Source of the DNA: a virus
Lineage: Duplodnaviria; Caudoviricetes
Virus record (IMG/VR): IMGVR_UViG_3300022841_000019
Location: 1-59,588 of that record
Strand: one strand, 5' to 3'
Length of the DNA stretch: 59,588 bases
The translations under genes were made by a program, and so were the position numbers. Under the pieces are notes generated by a model. That model saw only the letters and a list, made by a program, of their open reading frames with translations. It ran no database searches and had not been told where the DNA came from. How positions within the stretch are numbered: position 1 is the stretch's first letter; the number at the start of each line of letters is the position of its first letter. Shown piece by piece: positions 42,374-50,800 of the stretch.

Positions 42374-42990
42374 AATTGTTGGTTTAATAGTTCTTTCTCT
42401 TTTTTTAATTCATTACTCATGTTTCTATGTATTGTCCTTGTTGAACATTCTAAAGATTTAGCTAATCCGCTAATAGTTATCTTAGATCCTAAGTCGTGAG
42501 TATCAAGCATGCATTGATAAATATCATCTTCATGTATCTTTTTACCACGACCTATAATTTGACCTACTATTTTTAATTTCTCTTCAGTGGTTAAACCGGT
42601 GAACTCATTGAAAATGATTTTTCTTAGCTTGTTTTTAGGTGGCTTTTCTAAGTCACACATGCTAACCTCATATATTATGTTGTTAAGTAGTTGCTCTGGT
42701 ATTTCAAAAGTTACAAAACCATTTGTTTTCTCAGCTATATGAGCTACTACTTGCTTAAACTGATCTTGATCAAGGCTTGGGTTTAAATACCATAATACTA
42801 ACATGTGCCATTTTAAAGACTTATATGTAGTAATCTTAGCTCTTGATCTAAACAATTCATAACATTCATTAGTTCCTTCTTCGTAATAATTACCCCATTC
42901 AAAAGTGCTGGTTGGTTTATCACTAATAGGACCTCTACGGTATATAATTCTTCGTCTATTCAATATTTCTAGATTTCTAATGTGTGACAT
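42370..42990 (-). CDS. DNA-binding protein with C-terminal HTH (candidate initiator/regulator)
   Basis: ITISGLAKSLECSTRTIHRNM HTH; start codon lies inside TGTGACA element copy 1. Confidence 0.65.
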   Translation of the reverse strand: MSHIRNLEILNRRRIIYRRGPISDKPTSTFEWGNYYEEGTNECYELFRSRAKITTYKSLKWHMLVLWYLNPSLDQDQFKQVVAHIAEKTNGFVTFEIPEQLLNNIIYEVSMCDLEKPPKNKLRKIIFNEFTGLTTEEKLKIVGQIIGRGKKIHEDDIYQCMLDTHDLGSKITISGLAKSLECSTRTIHRNMSNELKKEKELLNQQL

Positions 42991-43033
42991 AAGCCCCTTA
43001 CTAATTAGTCTAATACCCTAATGTCACAGTTTT
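42981..43033 (-). repeat. TGTGACA-N32-TGTCACA element, copy 1 (inverted relative to copies 2 and 3)
   Basis: Reverse complement: AAAACTGTGACATTAGGGTATTAGACTAATTAGTAAGGGGCTTATGTCACACA. Confidence 0.85.
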
Positions 43034-43137
43034 CAAAAGCCTCATGTGTTTCATAAAAAAATTTATTTTCAATAAATTCTTCGTAGGCTTGGTCGTGCAT
43101 TGTTTCTAATAATTCTTTAGTCCGTCCCATATACAGG

Positions 43138-43422
43138 CTATTTTAACCTGTTGTTAAGTTTTTTTATCTCAGCATCAATAATAATTGCTTTATTGTAGTT
43201 TTCATCTTCTAAAGCTTTCGCTAACTCAATTTTAAGCTCTTTAATTTTTAATAGATTTTTTTCGTTAACATCTACCTTAGTTAAAATAGCTGTGCTATCA
43301 GATACGTAATTCTGCATATCAGCCTGGAACTCAATATCCCATTCTTTTTGTTTTGTTTCAATTACATCTAAAACCTTTTCTGCAACTAAAGCTGCGAATT
43401 TATTCATTTCATTTTCAGTCAT
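43138..43422 (-). CDS. hypothetical protein with UVR-like C-terminal helical hairpin
   Basis: LAKALEDENYNKAIIIDAEIKKL. Confidence 0.55.
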   Translation of the reverse strand: MTENEMNKFAALVAEKVLDVIETKQKEWDIEFQADMQNYVSDSTAILTKVDVNEKNLLKIKELKIELAKALEDENYNKAIIIDAEIKKLNNRLK

Positions 43423-43442
43423 ATATTGTTTATTTATACAGT

Positions 43443-43472
43443 TATTATCCGTTAGTCAACGTATTTTGTTTG
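43443..43472 (-). promoter_or_regulatory. phage early-type promoter P3
   Basis: Consensus match, exact spacing. Confidence 0.75.
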
Positions 43473-43693
43473 AAACCTGTAACAAATTCAAACTTCTTGA
43501 AGATATAGTTATTAAGGAATCTACCCTTAGAACTAGCCTCAAACAAACCTCTCCAGTAAAAACGCGGCACACCTAGGTATGTATATACGCTTTTGTTGTT
43601 AAAACATACTGTCATTTCTTTTCTACTTACGTCATATTCAGCGCTGTGTATAGCACTAGAATTAACTAAAACTATTTCAATCTTGTTTTTCAT
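43445..43693 (-). CDS. KTSC domain protein
   Basis: V.SSAI....YD....M.V.F....Y.Y.GVP......L..A.SKGRF.N..I. Confidence 0.85.
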   Translation of the reverse strand: MKNKIEIVLVNSSAIHSAEYDVSRKEMTVCFNNKSVYTYLGVPRFYWRGLFEASSKGRFLNNYIFKKFEFVTGFKQNTLTNG

Positions 43694-43723
43694 TTTATTA
43701 TACTTGTTTTGTTTATATATTAA

Positions 43724-43921
43724 TTATTCTTCCTCTTCTTCTGACAATTCAAATTGTCTTAATATTATTTTAATAGCTTGTTCTCTAGTTATTGGATCAA
43801 TTCCTTCTATTTTAGAGTCTTTATCACTATAGACGCCGTGTGAATCATTCCACTCTAAGACATCTATTAGCTCTAATCTATCCATTTGAATTACTTCTTC
43901 TATTGTTATATTATGATACAT
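43724..43921 (-). CDS. small acidic protein
   Basis: 65 aa. Confidence 0.5.
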   Translation of the reverse strand: MYHNITIEEVIQMDRLELIDVLEWNDSHGVYSDKDSKIEGIDPITREQAIKIILRQFELSEEEEE

Positions 43922-44086
43922 GATGTTATTTGTATTTAGTGAAATATTAATCCTACTTTTTTAATAAATTGTTTATATTCTATCATTTATGTTATATTTA
44001 TTTAATTGTTCGTTCTCTACTACTTGAAATGTATTAATGTTATGTACAAATATTGTTTGTTCTTGCTCCTTCATTATCTTATTATT

Positions 44087-44677
44087 TTAATTATTGTTTC
44101 TTAATATGTTCCATATTATTGCTTGATACTGATATCCTTTTAAACCTAATTTGTTTGCTTTGTTTATTGTTAGTTCCTTAATTTGTTGGTATGCTAATTT
44201 ACCTATTGAAGCACTATTAATTTTTATAGACTTATTCATGCACGCCCTTAAATGCCATATATCAATCGTTAAATGTGCATCACTTAATAAAGCTATATTA
44301 TATACAAAATTATATGTTTTAAGACTCTTACTTGTTATATGTATATTGTTGTTAACAATATTAAATGCCTTAAATTTATTTGTGTGAAAAGTGCAAACTT
44401 TTATATCTTCCGCAGGTACATTGTTTTTTATTGCTTCAAAAACTTTGTAAGCATCCAATATGTTTTGTTGCCATAAATTACGTGGTGATAAAGCAGAAAT
44501 GACACTTGCAGCTATAAAAGTATTGCTATCATATTTTGTTGCAATATCTTTGCAGATATCGTTAGCATCTTTGTACCAAACTAAACCGCTTTTAAAATCT
44601 TCTTCATTAGCTAAATTAAAATAATAGTCTAAATTTTTACTAATTTTTGATAGTTGGTATCTTGTTAATTTTTTCAT
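44087..44677 (-). CDS. conserved phage protein, DNA glycosylase-like helical fold suspected
   Basis: WY..A, ALSP...W..N, TIDIW..RA, QAI.W pattern. Confidence 0.5.
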   Translation of the reverse strand: MKKLTRYQLSKISKNLDYYFNLANEEDFKSGLVWYKDANDICKDIATKYDSNTFIAASVISALSPRNLWQQNILDAYKVFEAIKNNVPAEDIKVCTFHTNKFKAFNIVNNNIHITSKSLKTYNFVYNIALLSDAHLTIDIWHLRACMNKSIKINSASIGKLAYQQIKELTINKANKLGLKGYQYQAIIWNILRNNN

Positions 44678-44690
44678 TGGTTTAGTTATT

Positions 44691-45047
44691 TTATAATATC
44701 ATTACTTTATTGGTTAATGTATCAAAAATTGCTTTTTGTTTGTTTGTTGTTGCTGCTATTAAAGCAAAACTTAAATTGTCAATGTGCAAATTAGCGTCAA
44801 TAAAATATATATTTGTTTCTGTATCCATCCATCCGCCAATGCTACAAAATTGCTTCGATTCAATTGTTTTATTAATATTATTCCTTAAATCCGTATCATT
44901 TGAAGGGTTAACGCCCTTGTATAAGTTTTTAATACTTACTATGTATCTACTTTTTGAACTATTTAATTTAATGGTGAAATTCTGTTTATTAATACAGTTA
45001 TTTAAAATTAACTGAATTTTGTCTAAATTGTTATTTAATCGTGCCAT
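44691..45047 (-). CDS. hypothetical phage protein
   Basis: 118 aa, GGW.D....YFID...NKQKAIFD. Confidence 0.55.
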   Translation of the reverse strand: MARLNNNLDKIQLILNNCINKQNFTIKLNSSKSRYIVSIKNLYKGVNPSNDTDLRNNINKTIESKQFCSIGGWMDTETNIYFIDANLHIDNLSFALIAATTNKQKAIFDTLTNKVMIL

Positions 45048-45085
45048 CTTGTTTATGTTTTATAATTTTATTGTTTTAACTCTAG

Positions 45086-45157
45086 TTTTCCCACAAGGAA
45101 TCGAACCTCGAATGTCTGCATCAAAAGCAGATGTGTTACCAATTACACCATGGGAAA
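45086..45157 (-). tRNA. tRNA-Gln(UUG)
   Basis: Acceptor TTTCCCA/TGGGAAA, D arm GTGT-AATTGGTA-ACAC, anticodon arm TCTGC-TTTTGAT-GCAGA, T arm CGAGG-TTCGATT-CCTTG; followed by CTA, not CCA. Confidence 0.92.
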
Positions 45158-45492
45158 TAATAACCGCGGGCTGTATGAGACGACAAAGTTATTGTTGAAT
45201 AACTCCCAAGTAGTTGCCAAAACTACGATTTACTCTCTCAATAGAGCGTCTTATTAGATAGCGGCTGCATTGTTCTTTTGTATACCGTCGTAATGCTTGA
45301 CAACGGATGTAAGGCTCCCACTTTCCTTACTTGTTAGTCTAAAGTTTTTCTCTTTCCAGAAGCAGGTGACTAAATTATACTTTAACCTGAGTGGTTTTAA
45401 ATGCTAATCCCGTAGATTAACCGGGCAACTTAAGGTATTGCCTTTGATGGAATTACATCCTTACCAGGTCCTCCACCCTTTGAGCGGGGACT
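45158..45492 (-). ncRNA. large multi-junction structured RNA, family unknown
   Basis: ORF-free in the supplied track; one hairpin plus three multi-way junctions, each with three hairpins; several mismatches on + become G-U pairs on -. Confidence 0.7.
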
Positions 45493-45760
45493 AGTCTAAA
45501 AGCACGTAATAAGCATCTACATTGGCTCTCCTGAACCAATTTAAACCTTTATGAAAATTATTAATTAGTTCTTTTGTTACTGACTTAGGTTGGAGTTCCA
45601 TAACTAACTGTGCCCCTATTATAAAGTCGTACATAGATAATTCTGCTCCAGTAAGATCGTAACTAGCTCCGCTGAACGGGTTAGTTACAGTTTCACCAGA
45701 CGTGTATAGCACGCCATCAAACCATTTAGGTAATAATTGTTCTTTAGTATTATTGCTCAT
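45491..45760 (-). CDS. hypothetical early protein
   Basis: NPFSG...ELS.YD...W F...N..AY..LLD. Confidence 0.6.
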   Translation of the reverse strand: MSNNTKEQLLPKWFDGVLYTSGETVTNPFSGASYDLTGAELSMYDFIIGAQLVMELQPKSVTKELINNFHKGLNWFRRANVDAYYVLLD

Positions 45761-46193
45761 TATATCCTTCATTTAATAGTTCTTCTGTTATACTTTCTAA
45801 TGCTGTGTCATAAATACTACCATATAATGAATGCATTGCCTCCATTACATAATCTTCTTCTAAATCGCCTATGAAGATTTTACCACCCCCGCTTGAGTTT
45901 TTAATTCCCTCACATAAACAACCAGCTAAATCGCGATCATAATAGTGAACGTCCTCATTTATACTTATTTTGTCAGGGTTATAGGTTGCAATAAATACTT
46001 CGTAGCCATCTTGGGTACTCTCTGTATATATATAGTAATCCAAATTCCTTTCCCAGTCATCTGTTAATTCTACATTGTGATGATCTAAAACTAAATCCAT
46101 TAGTCTTTCGTCGTCATTGCACACGTCTTCACCAAATCCACTAGCCTTTAGTCTTTCGTTAATTAATTCGATTGTAATTAGTTTATTTGTCAT
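45750..46193 (-). CDS. acidic early protein
   Basis: 147 aa, D/E-rich. Confidence 0.6.
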   Translation of the reverse strand: MTNKLITIELINERLKASGFGEDVCNDDERLMDLVLDHHNVELTDDWERNLDYYIYTESTQDGYEVFIATYNPDKISINEDVHYYDRDLAGCLCEGIKNSSGGGKIFIGDLEEDYVMEAMHSLYGSIYDTALESITEELLNEGYNEQ

Positions 46194-46202
46194 GGTTGTT
46201 TA

Positions 46203-46589
46203 TTATACGGTTAAAGATTCTTTGTTTATTTCTTTCATGCCTCTATTTTTTATTAGATAATTTTTTAGATATAGTAATCTATCTATCTCTTGCGGAATCA
46301 ATACTCTAATAGTTCCTACGGATGATCGAACCAATAACCTACCTAAGTTACGATACATGTAATCTGTCATACGTTGACGAGTTAAGTTTAACTGATAACA
46401 AGTGTGTTTATCATATGTACGTACTATACCTGATTTATATACAGCGAAAAACTCATCTCCGTATTTAAACGCTATAGTTCCGTTTTTTAATTGCCTATCA
46501 CTGGTTACATTGTTTACAGCATAGCTTGTTGTTAACTCTTTAACGAACACAGCTACTTGTAGTTCTGCGTATGATTTATAATTTCTCAT
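46203..46589 (-). CDS. hypothetical early protein
   Basis: 128 aa. Confidence 0.55.
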   Translation of the reverse strand: MRNYKSYAELQVAVFVKELTTSYAVNNVTSDRQLKNGTIAFKYGDEFFAVYKSGIVRTYDKHTCYQLNLTRQRMTDYMYRNLGRLLVRSSVGTIRVLIPQEIDRLLYLKNYLIKNRGMKEINKESLTV

Positions 46590-46794
46590 CTGTTTCTATT
46601 AATTTAGTTATGTAATTCCATATTTTTATTTCTTTCTTTGTGCCTTCTATAAGTAGTACCAACTCTCTTCTAGTTATACAACCGTAAAAACCTGCTAATA
46701 AATCTTGCTTATATGTGGACAACTCAATGTCTAACATTGTTAGCCGCGCAAACGCTTTATCGCTTGCTCTTTCTACAATCTCTTGCCTTGTCAT
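46576..46794 (-). CDS. hypothetical early protein
   Basis: Start moved to MTRQ, downstream of promoter P4. Confidence 0.55.
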   Translation of the reverse strand: MTRQEIVERASDKAFARLTMLDIELSTYKQDLLAGFYGCITRRELVLLIEGTKKEIKIWNYITKLIETDEKL

Positions 46795-46820
46795 ACTGTT
46801 TAATTCGTTTGTTATATCAT

Positions 46821-46850
46821 TATTATCTACCATAGTTCGTATTTTATTTG
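46821..46850 (-). promoter_or_regulatory. phage early-type promoter P4
   Basis: Consensus match, exact spacing. Confidence 0.75.
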
Positions 46851-46928
46851 TTTCTATTTATCTCTATTGCTTTTTAAGCCCCTTCTTAAACTCAGGCTTC
46901 AACCTACTCCATAGTGTTTTACTCATAA

Positions 46929-47237
46929 CTATTTTATTAATTTAACTAATATATTCCTTGCTTTATCAGTACTCTTTTTATCTACACCACCAATATGGAA
47001 ACTATATTCTCTGTCTAGATCAAGAGGTCTGTATTCTTTCCAATCATACACTGTAAACTGTAGGTCTTTACCTGCTTGAAAACTAAAATCAAAGTTAGTT
47101 TTATCTTCACCATCATTATAGTCATTATAAGATAGGTTGTTTTTCTTAGCTAGGTCTAGTAAACTATTAGGTGTTGTATCTATAGTTGTACCATGAAAGC
47201 TACTCTGTTCCCATTTAATTACTTCTGTTAACTTCAT
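46929..47237 (-). CDS. hypothetical early protein
   Basis: DK....F....FTVYDWK....FHIGG motif common in phages. Confidence 0.65.
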   Translation of the reverse strand: MKLTEVIKWEQSSFHGTTIDTTPNSLLDLAKKNNLSYNDYNDGEDKTNFDFSFQAGKDLQFTVYDWKEYRPLDLDREYSFHIGGVDKKSTDKARNILVKLIK

Positions 47238-47248
47238 TATTTATATTT

Positions 47249-47350
47249 TAGTAACTAGTGAGGAATCGAACCTCATACCCGTCGGTAGTCTGCAAGACTT
47301 CAAGCTCGTGAAAACGTTTACTTAATTCAAGTTGCAACCATACCTAGTTG
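47249..47350 (-). ncRNA. tRNA-like RNA with canonical T arm and acceptor stem but non-canonical body
   Basis: AACTAG/CTAGTT stem, TGAGG-TTCGATT-CCTCA, ends ACTA like the tRNA-Gln. Confidence 0.6.
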
Positions 47351-47464
47351 TCGGTTTTCGAGTTAAAGAGCCATCTACCGTAAAACTCTTGATTATATTA
47401 AAGGATCTTCGTCAGCTTAACAATTTAAAATACCATTCCCGTACTGAGCCTTTCACCGTAATCT

Positions 47465-47671
47465 TTATATAGTTATAAACAAGTCTCCAAAATATCTAAC
47501 CTCGCAAGCTGAGCATATGTCGCTGGCTGTGCCAAATCTTACGTCAGTAAAGTAGTTGTTATCTGCAAGTGTTTCCATGCACTCCTCATAAGTTCTTGGG
47601 AATTTTAATTTAAAGTCTTCCATTTTTTGGATAAACTCTGGCTTTAATCTTTGTAAAAGTGATAATTGCAT
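47465..47671 (-). CDS. hypothetical early protein
   Basis: Start MQLSLL, downstream of P5. Confidence 0.55.
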   Translation of the reverse strand: MQLSLLQRLKPEFIQKMEDFKLKFPRTYEECMETLADNNYFTDVRFGTASDICSACEVRYFGDLFITI

Positions 47672-47695
47672 AATGTTAATTTTAATATTCATATA

Positions 47696-47725
47696 TATTA
47701 TCGATCAGTGATCGTGTTTCGTTTG
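47696..47725 (-). promoter_or_regulatory. phage early-type promoter P5
   Basis: CAAA-N5-CACG-N10-GATAATA; near-identical to P6. Confidence 0.75.
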
Positions 47726-47746
47726 AAAAACGCTTGTAATGTGCGC

Positions 47747-47956
47747 TTAATACGGCTCGTTATTGTGATCCCACAGTCTATTATTGGCAAAACCCTTGCC
47801 TTTAGTACCTGATCCTTTAGATTTAACTAATACTTTGTTGTACTCTTTAATACTTAGACCCCTAGCGTAACCGTGTATAGCAACTAACGCTAAGTGGTTC
47901 ATAGATCTTTCTTTTTTATTATTCTCAAGAATTGCTAGTACCTTGTTTTTATCCAT
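47747..47956 (-). CDS. small basic early protein
   Basis: 69 aa. Confidence 0.5.
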   Translation of the reverse strand: MDKNKVLAILENNKKERSMNHLALVAIHGYARGLSIKEYNKVLVKSKGSGTKGKGFANNRLWDHNNEPY

Positions 47957-47965
47957 GTCTATTAG

Positions 47966-48151
47966 TTATTTAATGCTTTTTAAAAGTAGCTTTAACGCTT
48001 TTTTAAAGATCTTTTTATTTAATTCATCGTACTCAACGCCGTGTAGACGTACGCTAGCGGTTTGCCACTCTATATTATCAATTATGAAGTCCTTGGTTAA
48101 TATAGCTGTGTTCTCTGCTATTTCTTTTATTTTTTTATTTGACAAACTCAT
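47966..48151 (-). CDS. hypothetical early protein
   Basis: 61 aa. Confidence 0.5.
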   Translation of the reverse strand: MSLSNKKIKEIAENTAILTKDFIIDNIEWQTASVRLHGVEYDELNKKIFKKALKLLLKSIK

Positions 48152-48155
48152 AGGT

Positions 48156-48350
48156 TTAAACGGGTAAGTAAGTTAGACCTTTGTAGTTAAACCAGCTGTT
48201 AATACCGTCTTTGTCATCTATTTTATCAAATATAAAGCCGAAGTTTAAAGGTAATGATCCTACTTCATAACCTTTATATTTAACAGCGACAGATTCATTA
48301 TCTTTTTTTATTTGCAAAGTGGTTTTACTTGTAAATTTAATTTGTTTCAT
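48156..48350 (-). CDS. hypothetical early protein
   Basis: Start MKQIK, downstream of P6. Confidence 0.55.
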   Translation of the reverse strand: MKQIKFTSKTTLQIKKDNESVAVKYKGYEVGSLPLNFGFIFDKIDDKDGINSWFNYKGLTYLPV

Positions 48351-48376
48351 GGTATATTTATTTATCGTTACATATA

Positions 48377-48406
48377 TATTATCGATCAGTGATCGTATTT
48401 CGTTTG
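48377..48406 (-). promoter_or_regulatory. phage early-type promoter P6
   Basis: Consensus match, exact spacing. Confidence 0.8.
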
Positions 48407-48413
48407 AAAACAA

Positions 48414-48707
48414 CTAATCTAACTCCCAGTTTTCTTTGTTTAGGAACGATTCTACGTTCTTAGACCTATTCAAACGTTCAGCAGCATAGGTTTTATACTC
48501 GTCAAAATAATAGTCTATTAGATCTTGAGTTTCTTGCTCGCTGTAAGCTACAAACTGCTTTACGTGGTAGTCGTGTAAAAGATCTTTATCGTTACAAGTG
48601 TACTCTGTGATCGTGGATTCAGTCTGCTTTTCCAAGTTGTACTGAACGCGGCTACTAATTGTGTATAGCACGCCGCGATAGAAATTCTTTTTACTTATTG
48701 TACTCAT
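48414..48707 (-). CDS. hypothetical early protein
   Basis: 97 aa. Confidence 0.55.
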   Translation of the reverse strand: MSTISKKNFYRGVLYTISSRVQYNLEKQTESTITEYTCNDKDLLHDYHVKQFVAYSEQETQDLIDYYFDEYKTYAAERLNRSKNVESFLNKENWELD

Positions 48708-49263
48708 TATAGATCAATTTTTTAATAATACCATCTACGACTGAAACTGTAGTACCACTAACTTCTGTATTATCTTTTAGAATAAATCTCGCACGAGGTA
48801 ATTTGCTAAGACCTAAGGAAACTAGTATTTCATTTAAGCACCAATCTCGTTGTATTATCTGGAAATCACTTGCAGTAGTTTTCTTTTCACACTTAGCAAG
48901 CTCTATCTTTAAAAAGTTTATTCTATCTTCTACACTATAGCTAGACAGCTCGTTTTCAATAAATCCAATGATTGTTTTTTCCACTAAACAATAAACACCA
49001 CTCTGTAGATCAGAGTAATTGTTTTTAAATAACTTACTGTATAAATTTCTAAACTCTGAGTAGTTTGTATCATCACCACCTATTGACCATTGCATATCGC
49101 ACTCTAAGTCTTCTATGGTCCTAACTTCTTTATCACCGATTATTTGAGTGTGAATATTTCCCGTGGCTTCAACTTGCGCTGTTATAAGTTTGTTCACTTC
49201 TACTACTACATCGTAGTTAAATCTTATCCAATCTGGTTTCTTTGTAATTGCTTTAATTTTCAT
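48691..49263 (-). CDS. hypothetical early protein
   Basis: 190 aa behind P7. Confidence 0.6.
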   Translation of the reverse strand: MKIKAITKKPDWIRFNYDVVVEVNKLITAQVEATGNIHTQIIGDKEVRTIEDLECDMQWSIGGDDTNYSEFRNLYSKLFKNNYSDLQSGVYCLVEKTIIGFIENELSSYSVEDRINFLKIELAKCEKKTTASDFQIIQRDWCLNEILVSLGLSKLPRARFILKDNTEVSGTTVSVVDGIIKKLIYNEYNK

Positions 49264-49292
49264 CTTTTGTTTTATTGTATTAAATTCAGTTA

Positions 49293-49322
49293 TATTATCT
49301 ATTAGTGATCGTATTTTTATTG
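49293..49322 (-). promoter_or_regulatory. phage early-type promoter P7
   Basis: CAAT-N5-TACG-N10-GATAATA. Confidence 0.75.
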
Positions 49323-49323
49323 T

Positions 49324-49518
49324 TTAGAATAAAGAACTGTAAACACACTCGCTCACAAAATCTAAGTGATCTGAGTTTATCTCATCGAGCATTTCCTCTG
49401 ACATATCTTCACCATTATACTCTGCCGACTCAATAAAAGCATCGACAAAATCTGGGTAGTCACTTGCGTCTATTCCGTCGACACTTACGTTGGTTACTAA
49501 TTTAAAATCTATAATCAT
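49324..49518 (-). CDS. small acidic early protein
   Basis: GID..DYPDFVDAFI.SA; very acidic. Confidence 0.6.
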   Translation of the reverse strand: MIIDFKLVTNVSVDGIDASDYPDFVDAFIESAEYNGEDMSEEMLDEINSDHLDFVSECVYSSLF

Positions 49519-49838
49519 TACTCTATTTCGTTTAAGTCTTCTTTTAATCTACTTATAAAGGAATCTTCTCCATCGTCTCCTGATAAATACCAATCTATTC
49601 TGTTGACATATGCTTCCGCTTGCTTTAAGATCTTGACTGCTTTTTTAAATTCTTCTTGAATATCCTTTCTGTAAGTATAATTATATCTTTCTTCTGGATG
49701 TTCTTCAAGGTATTCATCACAAAAGGAATAAAGCTCTTTTTTAGATATCTCTTCACCTTGGCTGTCTAACGTTGTTTGGATGTTATCCGCTATTTCTCCA
49801 ATTCTAAACTGGTGGTATTCAAACATTCCTCCGCTCAT
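49518..49838 (-). CDS. hypothetical early protein
   Basis: MSGG.F.Y...IDWYLSGDDGE motif. Confidence 0.65.
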   Translation of the reverse strand: MSGGMFEYHQFRIGEIADNIQTTLDSQGEEISKKELYSFCDEYLEEHPEERYNYTYRKDIQEEFKKAVKILKQAEAYVNRIDWYLSGDDGEDSFISRLKEDLNEIE

Positions 49839-49875
49839 TTTTTCTTGTTGTTTTTATATGTATTATTTACATCGA

Positions 49876-49905
49876 TATTATCGATTACTTTACGTATTTC
49901 TACTG
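49876..49905 (-). promoter_or_regulatory. phage early-type promoter P8
   Basis: CAGT-N5-TACG-N10-GATAATA. Confidence 0.7.
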
Positions 49906-50052
49906 TAGACAGTATACTATCTCTTTATTGAGTGTATAATTCTTGACCATAACTTTAATTCTTCATTGACTTCCTTTAGTGTAAGGATTAAATTGTGCGT
50001 AAATTTTCTCATTTTTAGTATGTTTTAAAAGGTGTATAATTATTTGTTTGTA

Positions 50053-50089
50053 GAAAAGGTTAGAGAGATATAAAACTACCTCTCTGACC
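50053..50089 (-). terminator. intrinsic terminator after the first early paralog
   Basis: GGTCAGAGAGG-N10-TCTCTCTAACC-TTTTC on the minus strand. Confidence 0.7.
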
Positions 50090-50091
50090 AT

Positions 50092-50328
50092 CTAAGACTG
50101 CTCTACGATCAAGAACGGTCTTACTACTGTTGGTATTGAAGCACTTGAAGTGTAACTTTTATACTTTTCCCAGCAAGGCATTTTTTCTAGTTTCTCTTGC
50201 ATTGCAGCGAAGGCGTCGTCATGGTTGTACTTCGATACTTTTCCATTGCTGAAGGTAACTTCTATTATTTGGTTTTTACCGATTAGTGATTTTCTAATGA
50301 AAAATCTTTTTGAACTTAGTGTACTCAT
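50092..50328 (-). CDS. early protein, paralog A
   Basis: 53/76 identical residues to 50801-51031 (hand count). Confidence 0.75.
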   Translation of the reverse strand: MSTLSSKRFFIRKSLIGKNQIIEVTFSNGKVSKYNHDDAFAAMQEKLEKMPCWEKYKSYTSSASIPTVVRPFLIVEQS

Positions 50329-50370
50329 AATTTATTTATTTTAAGGTTTATATTTATTTATTTACAACTA

Positions 50371-50400
50371 TATTATCTGTTAGTGGTCGTATTTAATTTG
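50371..50400 (-). promoter_or_regulatory. phage early-type promoter P9
   Basis: Consensus match, exact spacing. Confidence 0.8.
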
Positions 50401-50458
50401 TAACTTCTTATAATTCTCATAAACTCTTTGTTTTTGTTATTAGTTTTTGTTACATATA

Positions 50459-50488
50459 TATTATCTGACGATGTTCGTATAATTTTTG
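50459..50488 (-). promoter_or_regulatory. phage early-type promoter P10
   Basis: Consensus match, exact spacing. Confidence 0.75.
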
Positions 50489-50576
50489 TACAAGTGCTAT
50501 ACACAGTGTATAATTCTTGAGCAACTCGTAGGGCGGAGTATACTCTTCCGATCTTGTTGCAGAACCAGGCTGTTGT

Positions 50577-50633
50577 AAAAGTGTGACACTAGGTAGTTAA
50601 GTATAACTAGTAAGGGGCTAATGTCACAGTTTT
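50577..50633 (+). repeat. TGTGACA-N33-TGTCACA element, copy 2
   Basis: AAAAGTGTGACACTAGGTAGTTAAGTATAACTAGTAAGGGGCTAATGTCACAGTTTT. Confidence 0.85.
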
Positions 50634-50772
50634 AAGATGAAGATCCGAAGGCTTCTATAGCTCTTTCGATTGTCAATTGATCTTCAGTTTTAAAGACCTT
50701 CTCTTCTGATTGCCAGAAAGCAGACTCATATGTCGATCCATCTGATCTTGTTATTGTTTTTATTATATACAT
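50632..50772 (-). CDS. 46-aa early protein
   Basis: MYIIKTITRSDGSTYESAFWQSEEKVFKTEDQLTIERAIEAFGSSS*, translated by hand. Confidence 0.45.
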   Translation of the reverse strand: MYIIKTITRSDGSTYESAFWQSEEKVFKTEDQLTIERAIEAFGSSS

Positions 50773-50800
50773 ATTATTTAGTTTAGATTATTTGAAAGTA

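Noticed and set aside
42983-43028. CRP/FNR site (TGTGA...TCACA) or MITE
   Set aside because: Half-site spacing is far longer than N6; no target-site duplications or transposase seen
45158-45492. RNase P RNA, tmRNA or group I intron
   Set aside because: No GAGGAAAGUCC/P4 motif, no tmRNA tRNA-like ends, no interrupted host gene or clear P7 elements
47351-47440. Hammerhead ribozyme (CTGACGA...CGAAA on the minus strand)
   Set aside because: Stems II and III do not pair properly around the core, and CTGA pairs well in an alternative helix
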